IMG/VR virus record: IMGVR_UViG_3300020183_005994
Location: 7,362 to 71,361 of that record
Direction: 5' to 3' (one strand)
DNA length: 64,000 nt
Origin: a virus
In this document: piece by piece, positions 58,543 to 64,000 of the stretch
How the letters are laid out: each line of letters opens with the position of its first letter
How positions within the stretch are numbered: position 1 is the first letter of the stretch
Made by a program: the position numbers and the translations under genes
Notes under the pieces: model-generated
Told to the model about the DNA's origin: nothing
Database searches by the model: none
Seen by the model: only the letters and a program-made list of their open reading frames with translations

Positions 58543-60570
58543 ATGGCAGAGAATAGTTACAATAATAGAAATAGAAATTCAAAAACATTGTCTAAGAAAA
58601 ATCCAAACAATGAGCAATCACCACTTTATGTTGGTTTAACAAGATTATTTTCTGGACCATTAGCAAGTTTTAGGGCACAAGCCCAAATGCGCTATAAACG
58701 TAGAGATTTAGATAGATATAAGTTTACAAGCGCTAGCGGGCAAGCGTTTAAAAAGAAAAGCTATAATCCCTTTGAAGCTATTCAAAGTAATATTATGGCC
58801 AATCAAAGTCGTGCAGAACGTTATAGCGACTTTGATCAAATGGAATTCATGCCAGAATTAGCATCTGCATTAGATGTATACGCAGATGAGATGACAACTA
58901 GTAATCAATTTAGAAATATTATTACCGTAGAAAGTAAAAATGAAGAATTAAAAACAATTTTAAACAATTTATATTTTAATGTTCTAAATTTAGAAAGTAA
59001 TTTATTTTCTTGGTGTCGTACCATGTGTAAATTTGGTGATTTCTTTCTTTATTTAGATGTTGATGAAAAGTTGGGTATAAAAAACGTACTTGGTCTACCT
59101 TCACCTGAAGTTGAAAGACTAGAAGGCGAAGATGAAAGCAATCCTAGCTATGTCCAATTCCAATGGAATAGTGCTGGATTAACATTTGAAAATTGGCAAG
59201 TTGCTCATTTTAGAATTCTTGGTCAAGATAAATATTCACCATATGGAACTTCTATTTTAGAACCTGCACGCCGTATTTGGCGTCAATTGCAACTAATGGA
59301 AGATGCAATGATGGCCTACCGCATAGTACGCGCACCAGAACGTAGAGTTTTTTACATTGATATTGGTAATGTTGCTCCTCAAGAAGTTGAGCAGTTTATG
59401 CAAAAAATTATAACTCAATTAAAACGCAATCAAATAGTTGATCCAAGCACTGGTCGTGTAGATTTGCGTTATAATCCAATGAGCGTAGATGAAGATTTTT
59501 ATATTCCTGTTCGTGGAACTCAAGGTGGAACAAAAATTGAATCTCTTCCCGGTGGACAAATACAAGGTGTTATTGACGATGTACAATATTTAAGAGATAA
59601 AATGTTTTCTGCAATTAAAGTACCGCAATCATATCTTACAAGCGCTAAAGATAAAGCCCCAGAAGATAAAAGCACATTAGCTCAAAAAGATATACGTTTT
59701 GCTCGTACAATTCAAAGATTACAAAGAGTAATTGTAAGTGAATTAGAAAAAATTGGTATTATTCATTTATATACTCTTGGTTATAGAAATGAAGATTTGT
59801 TAAAATTTAAACTTAGATTAAACAATCCTTCAAAAATAACAGAATTACAAGAAATTGAACATTTTAAGGCTCAATTAGAAGTTGCTGGTAGTGCCAAAGA
59901 GGTTGGATTTAGCAAAAGATGGGTATTTGAAAATATATTTAAGATGAATGATAAAGAATTTGTAAGAATTCAAAGAGATATCTTCTACGATAAACAATTC
60001 GATAAGGCCGCTGAAGCTGGTGAAACAAGCAGTGATGCTGCCGCCGCAGGAGGCACAGCAACAGTAGGAACTAGCGAACCTACACCAACGCCAGAAGAAA
60101 CAGCAGTAGCCACTGAAACACCACCAACCGGTGGTGAAACGCCGCCAGCTGGAGAAACAGCAGCGGCAGAAACACCAACTGGAGGTGAAGAAAGTTCTTT
60201 ACTAGCAGCACCAGCTAGGAGAGCAGACGGTGGCGAAGAAATGATATTTAAAAAACCAGATGGTTCTTATAAAACTCCCGGTTCTAATAATAAATATTAC
60301 ACACCAGAAAAATATGATGCTAGAACTTCTAGCGGTCCAAGAAGTAAAAATATTAAGTCAATGCATACTCCTGAATCCACTAGCGGTTCTACAAAAAGAA
60401 GTATATTACCGGGATTATCTAACTTAAATCTTGCTTCAAAGGGAATTTTTAATGAAGAAATAGATAATAGTTATGAAGAACAAGAAAAGATGCTATTAGA
60501 AGTTGATAATAAGTTAAAAATGCTTTCTAAAACACTATTTAAAGAAGATAAAAAGACGGAGAAAGAATAA
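58543..60570 (+). CDS. gp20: Portal protein (T4 gp20-like) with a long C-terminal extension
   Basis: QLMEDAMMAYRIVRAPERRVFYIDIGN, EDFYIPVRG, TKIESLPGG, DIRFARTIQRLQ. Confidence 0.95.
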   Translation: MAENSYNNRNRNSKTLSKKNPNNEQSPLYVGLTRLFSGPLASFRAQAQMRYKRRDLDRYKFTSASGQAFKKKSYNPFEAIQSNIMANQSRAERYSDFDQMEFMPELASALDVYADEMTTSNQFRNIITVESKNEELKTILNNLYFNVLNLESNLFSWCRTMCKFGDFFLYLDVDEKLGIKNVLGLPSPEVERLEGEDESNPSYVQFQWNSAGLTFENWQVAHFRILGQDKYSPYGTSILEPARRIWRQLQLMEDAMMAYRIVRAPERRVFYIDIGNVAPQEVEQFMQKIITQLKRNQIVDPSTGRVDLRYNPMSVDEDFYIPVRGTQGGTKIESLPGGQIQGVIDDVQYLRDKMFSAIKVPQSYLTSAKDKAPEDKSTLAQKDIRFARTIQRLQRVIVSELEKIGIIHLYTLGYRNEDLLKFKLRLNNPSKITELQEIEHFKAQLEVAGSAKEVGFSKRWVFENIFKMNDKEFVRIQRDIFYDKQFDKAAEAGETSSDAAAAGGTATVGTSEPTPTPEETAVATETPPTGGETPPAGETAAAETPTGGEESSLLAAPARRADGGEEMIFKKPDGSYKTPGSNNKYYTPEKYDARTSSGPRSKNIKSMHTPESTSGSTKRSILPGLSNLNLASKGIFNEEIDNSYEEQEKMLLEVDNKLKMLSKTLFKEDKKTEKE

Positions 60571-61377
60571 ATGAAACACAATAAGAAAAGAAATACCGCT
60601 TTTCTTTATGAAATTTTGCTTCGTGAAGGCACAAAAGCATCTTTAGAAAAGAATTTTGAACGTTTAAATCAAATTAAAGAAATATTATTAGAGTATTTTA
60701 ATCCAGAAAGCGCGTTGGGATATGAATTAACTTTATATAAAGCCCTTATTAATGATTTAAATGAAAAAAATAATCAAAAAGTTTTGTTTGAAGTAAAAAC
60801 AAGACATAGCTTGATAAGCAGAAAAACTTTGTTTAATGAACAAACAGAATTAATTAATAAAATTAATAAAACATTTGGTTTTTCTATATATAATAATTTT
60901 ATTCCAAATTATAAAGATTTAGCAACCATATCTCAAATATTTAATGATGGTTTACCAGTTAAAGACAAATTATTATTAGAAGAAAAGTTTATCAACGAAT
61001 TATCAAAAAATAATTCTTCTAAAGATATGTTAAAACCAATTGATACATTGGTTTATAAAACATTTGTTAAAAAGTTTAATGATAAGTATTCTAATTTGCT
61101 ATCAGAACAAAAAGATTTATTAACAAAATATATTAGTTCTTTTGCTGATGAAGGTTTAGAACTAAAACTATATCTTAATGAAGAAATTGAAAGATTAAAC
61201 AATAAAATTAATTTATGTTTAGAAAATAATGATATAAAAGATGATGATACTTTATTAGAAAAAACTAATAAAGTATCTAATGTATTAAAAGAGTTTAAAA
61301 ATAATAAAAATATCACAGAATCAATGTTAGAAAATATTTTAAAAATACAACAGTTTGTTTACGAGGCGGAACATTAA
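60571..61377 (+). CDS. Hypothetical head-module protein (helical, possible prohead core)
   Basis: MKHNKKRNTAFLYE; lies immediately after the portal. Confidence 0.65.
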   Translation: MKHNKKRNTAFLYEILLREGTKASLEKNFERLNQIKEILLEYFNPESALGYELTLYKALINDLNEKNNQKVLFEVKTRHSLISRKTLFNEQTELINKINKTFGFSIYNNFIPNYKDLATISQIFNDGLPVKDKLLLEEKFINELSKNNSSKDMLKPIDTLVYKTFVKKFNDKYSNLLSEQKDLLTKYISSFADEGLELKLYLNEEIERLNNKINLCLENNDIKDDDTLLEKTNKVSNVLKEFKNNKNITESMLENILKIQQFVYEAEH

Positions 61378-61378
61378 A

Positions 61379-61897
61379 ATGTTTAAAATTATTATAAAAG
61401 GCCAAAGTATACAAAAAGAAATAAATATTAAAAAAACTCTTTCTGGTGATTTAATGCTACGCGAACATCCACAAATTGATATTATTGTTATTCCTTCTAA
61501 ACAGAAAGTGCTAGTTTTACCAAAAGATGAACAAACTGATCATGTTTATACTTTACAAGAACGCTTATTTAAATATATGGTTCAAAAAGGCGTGATATTA
61601 CCAGAAAGTGTTATAAGTGGTAATGTTTATGGATCTTTGCAAGGCGGTTTTTCTAATCAACCTCCCGGTGGCGAAGATGCTGTACAGGTAGTCATATATA
61701 CTTTAGCTAATTTTTTAGAAGATGAAATGCCAAAATATAATTTTGAAAAATCTTATGAAGATAATATGGAACAAGAACTATTAAACCCGCCAGTTGAAGA
61801 TAGTACAGAATTAGGCGAAGTACCACAAGAGCCATTTAAAGGCTCAATACCAAAATATGGCTTCCCAACTCGCGGTATTTATCGTTATAATTATTAG
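61379..61897 (+). CDS. Hypothetical protein
   Basis: ATG at 61379 just after the upstream stop, GAGG upstream; STELGEVPQ. Confidence 0.65.
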   Translation: MFKIIIKGQSIQKEINIKKTLSGDLMLREHPQIDIIVIPSKQKVLVLPKDEQTDHVYTLQERLFKYMVQKGVILPESVISGNVYGSLQGGFSNQPPGGEDAVQVVIYTLANFLEDEMPKYNFEKSYEDNMEQELLNPPVEDSTELGEVPQEPFKGSIPKYGFPTRGIYRYNY

Positions 61898-61908
61898 GAA
61901 TAAAGTTT

Positions 61909-62556
61909 ATGAAAATTACAAAAAAGTTGCTTCATGAAATGATCATACAAGAAATAAGTGAAGCTAAAAAGTTAGACAAAAAATATGATTATATAATTAA
62001 CTATTTGCAAAATAATATTCTATCAGAAGCAGAAAGGCTTACTAAGGGTTCTGCCACAAAACTAAGTCCAGAATATTCAAAAGAAGCTAATATAAAATTA
62101 GAAAAAGAATTGGCTCAATTTGGCAGATTTTTATCGCAAGAAGAAGCTAATTTAAAAAGAAAATTAGAAGCTCAAATAAGACCAGCAGATTTAGAAGGAT
62201 TAATGGAAGAAGCAGAAAAAAGCGCTTCTATTATGCTTAAAAATTTAATTATGGATTTTCTTACAAAAGCGCGAACAATGAAAATACCAGATCCAGAAGT
62301 TTCTGCTGCTTTATTAATTAACAGCGTAACTCAAGGTGCTATGGACGTTGTTAAACAACAAAGTCAAATGATGAAAATAATTTCAACTGCCGATAAAGGT
62401 CATAGAGAAGTAGATGCTGCTATGGCAGCTGGTAAAATGCCTTGGCGTGATGATGAACCAAAACCACCATCAACAATTCCTCCAACACCCCCGGATGAAG
62501 CCTATTCAGAAAGTTGGGGTAAATCAGCAAGATGGCCGGGAAAATCACCTAAATAG
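61909..62556 (+). CDS. Putative internal/prohead protein
   Basis: Leader MKITKKLLHEMIIQEISE; AGGA RBS; Pro-rich tail. Confidence 0.6.
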   Translation: MKITKKLLHEMIIQEISEAKKLDKKYDYIINYLQNNILSEAERLTKGSATKLSPEYSKEANIKLEKELAQFGRFLSQEEANLKRKLEAQIRPADLEGLMEEAEKSASIMLKNLIMDFLTKARTMKIPDPEVSAALLINSVTQGAMDVVKQQSQMMKIISTADKGHREVDAAMAAGKMPWRDDEPKPPSTIPPTPPDEAYSESWGKSARWPGKSPK

Positions 62557-62557
62557 T

Positions 62558-62827
62558 ATGTTTAATTTATTAATTTTTATATTAGCTTGTTACGGCATGA
62601 CCATGATTTTGGTTTATGGAAAAATTTTTGATGCTATAAGACCAAAATATCTTTTTTTTAAATGCTGTATGTGCATGGGATTTTGGGTTGGTATATTTAA
62701 TAGTTTGTTAATAAATGTAAAATTTAACTTTTTTGTTGCTGGTTGCGTTAGTGCGGGAACATCTTATTTGCTAAGTCGTTTAGTAGATGACGAAGGAATA
62801 TTAATAAAATTGAAAAAAGCAGAATAG
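62558..62827 (+). CDS. DUF1360-like small membrane protein
   Basis: Hydrophobic helices and CCMCMGFWVG (CxxCxGFW); ATG at 62558 follows the upstream stop. Confidence 0.6.
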   Translation: MFNLLIFILACYGMTMILVYGKIFDAIRPKYLFFKCCMCMGFWVGIFNSLLINVKFNFFVAGCVSAGTSYLLSRLVDDEGILIKLKKAE

Positions 62828-62831
62828 ATTA

Positions 62832-62839
62832 CTAATTAT
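62832..62839 (+). promoter_or_regulatory. Putative late promoter motif CTAATTAT
   Basis: Intergenic, ahead of the GGAGGT RBS and the 23-aa ORF / protease gene. Confidence 0.55.
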
Positions 62840-62858
62840 AAATGATTGGAGGTATACC

Positions 62859-62930
62859 ATGAGAGAACAAGTTACCTATATACGCAAATATCTTTTGCAA
62901 CCAGTTCGTCGTTGCTGCAACGGATCATGA
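62859..62930 (+). CDS. 23-aa small protein MREQVTYIRKYLLQPVRRCCNGS (not in the ORF track)
   Basis: GGAGGT at 62848-62853, ATG at 62859, TGA at 62928-62930. Confidence 0.65.
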   Translation: MREQVTYIRKYLLQPVRRCCNGS

Positions 62931-62934
62931 ATTT

Positions 62935-62957
62935 AGCCCCGGCTTGATGCTGGGGCT
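62935..62957 (+). other. GC-rich RNA hairpin (terminator, processing or stability element)
   Basis: AGCCCCGGC-TTGAT-GCTGGGGCT, a 9-bp stem with one G-U pair and only a short T tail. Confidence 0.7.
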
Positions 62958-62974
62958 TTAACCTTAATAAAATT

Positions 62975-63586
62975 ATGTCAAAAGAATTACTTAGAGAATG
63001 GTATGAATTATGTGATGGTGGAGTTTGTCAAGATTTGTTGACAGAAGCAGAAAAGTTGTATGTTAAAAATGGTGGTTTAATGCTTACTGGTGTTATGCAG
63101 CGCTGTGACAAAGAAAATGGCAATGGTAGAATATATGGTCGCAAAGTTCTTGATCGTGAAGTAGAAAACTATAAAAAAATAGTTGCTGACCGTCGCGCCT
63201 TGGGTGAGTTAGACCATCCGGAAGATTCTGTTGTTAATTTAAAAAATGTTTCCCATATGGTAACAAGTGTTTGGTGGGATGGCGATAGCGTAATGGGAAA
63301 AGTTAAAGTTCTTGATACCCCATCGGGAAAAATATTGCGTTCATTAGTAGAAAGTGGTGTAAAACTTGGTATCTCTAGCCGTGGTTTAGGCAGCACACGA
63401 AAAGAAGGCGGAAAAACAATAGTTGAAGATGATTTTCAACTTATTTGTTTTGATTTCGTGCAAGAACCAAGCACTCCCGGCGCATTTATGATGAGCGAAG
63501 GCAAAAAGCGCACTCTTGATCCAAATAAAATATGGACAAAGGCAGATCGCTTAAACAGATTACTTAATGAAATAGTAAAAGGATAA
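62975..63586 (+). CDS. gp21: Prohead protease (T4 gp21-like)
   Basis: NGNGRIY, ALGELDHP, NVSH, LDTPSG, GISSRGLGS, DFVQEPSTPGA. Confidence 0.95.
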   Translation: MSKELLREWYELCDGGVCQDLLTEAEKLYVKNGGLMLTGVMQRCDKENGNGRIYGRKVLDREVENYKKIVADRRALGELDHPEDSVVNLKNVSHMVTSVWWDGDSVMGKVKVLDTPSGKILRSLVESGVKLGISSRGLGSTRKEGGKTIVEDDFQLICFDFVQEPSTPGAFMMSEGKKRTLDPNKIWTKADRLNRLLNEIVKG

Positions 63587-63591
63587 AGAAA

Positions 63592-64000
63592 ATGGCTGAA
63601 TTTCAATATAAACCGGGTTTACACAATGTTGGTAACTATCAAGTAAGCGGCATACCATATGTTACAGGTAATTTATCTGTACCAGCTAATACTCAAACAC
63701 CAACAATTCTTACATTTCCATCTGTTACTCAAAGAATACACGTTCACAACAATGATTCTACTAATGGTTTAAGAATAGGCTTTAGTAGTCTTGGAGTAAG
63801 TGGTAGTAGCGCAAATAAATATTGGTTAGTAGAACCACACACAAGTAATGGTAAAAATAACGATTATATTGAATTAAGAGTAAAAACGGACAAATTATTT
63901 CTTTTAAGTAATACCACAACAGCTGTTTCTGGTGTATATATTGCAGCAGAATTAACGGGAATAACTGGCTATAGCTTAACAAGTGAATATTCTGGTAGTG
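63592..64000 (+). CDS. Hypothetical virion protein, 3'-truncated by the window
   Basis: ATG at 63592, frame open to the end: MAEFQYKPGLHNVGNYQVSGIPYVTGNL... Confidence 0.7.
   Translation, partial: MAEFQYKPGLHNVGNYQVSGIPYVTGNLSVPANTQTPTILTFPSVTQRIHVHNNDSTNGLRIGFSSLGVSGSSANKYWLVEPHTSNGKNNDYIELRVKTDKLFLLSNTTTAVSGVYIAAELTGITGYSLTSEYSGS

Larger units (their letters stand above)
1..64000 (+). mobile_element. Segment of a large T4-like tailed bacteriophage genome
   Basis: Terminase, portal, prohead protease, gp25 and gp6 baseplate proteins and a gp55-like sigma; unidirectional dense coding; no cellular housekeeping genes. Confidence 0.95.

Noticed and set aside
56958-60570. Inteins or introns in the terminase, portal or primase
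   Set aside because: Core lengths are normal, motifs are contiguous, and no splicing or homing-endonuclease motifs were seen.
62928-62957. UGA plus hairpin as a selenocysteine insertion (SECIS) signal
   Set aside because: Readthrough would add only U-I before TAG, the stem does not clearly match a bacterial SECIS, and no sel genes are in view. Not supportable.
762-63982. All minus-strand ORFs and the short nested plus-strand ORFs in the track (e.g. 7545-7952, 46985-47461, 43219-43401, 52896-53159)
   Set aside because: They lie within well-supported + strand genes and have no recognisable motifs, so they are shadow ORFs.
1-64000. Alternative genetic code (stop-codon reassignment)
   Set aside because: Very long ORFs are intact in the standard code, and TAG and TGA end genes right where the next gene starts.

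Overview
This is a very AT-rich, gene-dense segment of a large T4-like tailed phage genome (myovirus-type baseplate). All credible genes are on the + strand and read in the standard code. Gene order: (1) 1-6.1 kb, a sugar-nucleotide and glycosylation cluster with GT9-, GT8- and GT17-like glycosyltransferases, two methyltransferases, an RmlB-like dehydratase, a miniature split transketolase-like pair and an SDR. (2) 6.1-7.9 kb, small genes plus a gp55-like late sigma factor. (3) 7.9-48.2 kb, a baseplate, tail and fibre module with an M15 peptidase hub, an HxH spike, a 1933-aa SH3b/TM protein, gp25, gp6, a 2921-aa LamG wedge, a gp15-like protein and several fibres. (4) 48.2-54.9 kb, RuvC, primase, a PcfJ-like protein and a single-chain Mre11-Rad50. 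(5) A holin/spanin-like trio. (6) A head module with terminase, portal and prohead protease. The strongest unexplained signal is a tripeptide, [S/T]-[G/A/S]-S, that is abundant in many outer virion proteins and absent from the terminase, primase and nuclease. Next to the glycosylation cluster, it suggests a phage-encoded, sequon-directed virion glycosylation system; this is a hypothesis. Other signals are a CTA(T/A)TTAT late-promoter motif, a putative capsid-targeting leader, an unannotated 23-aa CC peptide with a hairpin, and a promoter interlocked with a terminator. Family assignments come from motifs read by eye, not database searches. No tRNA, rRNA, CRISPR array, integrase or transposase was seen.
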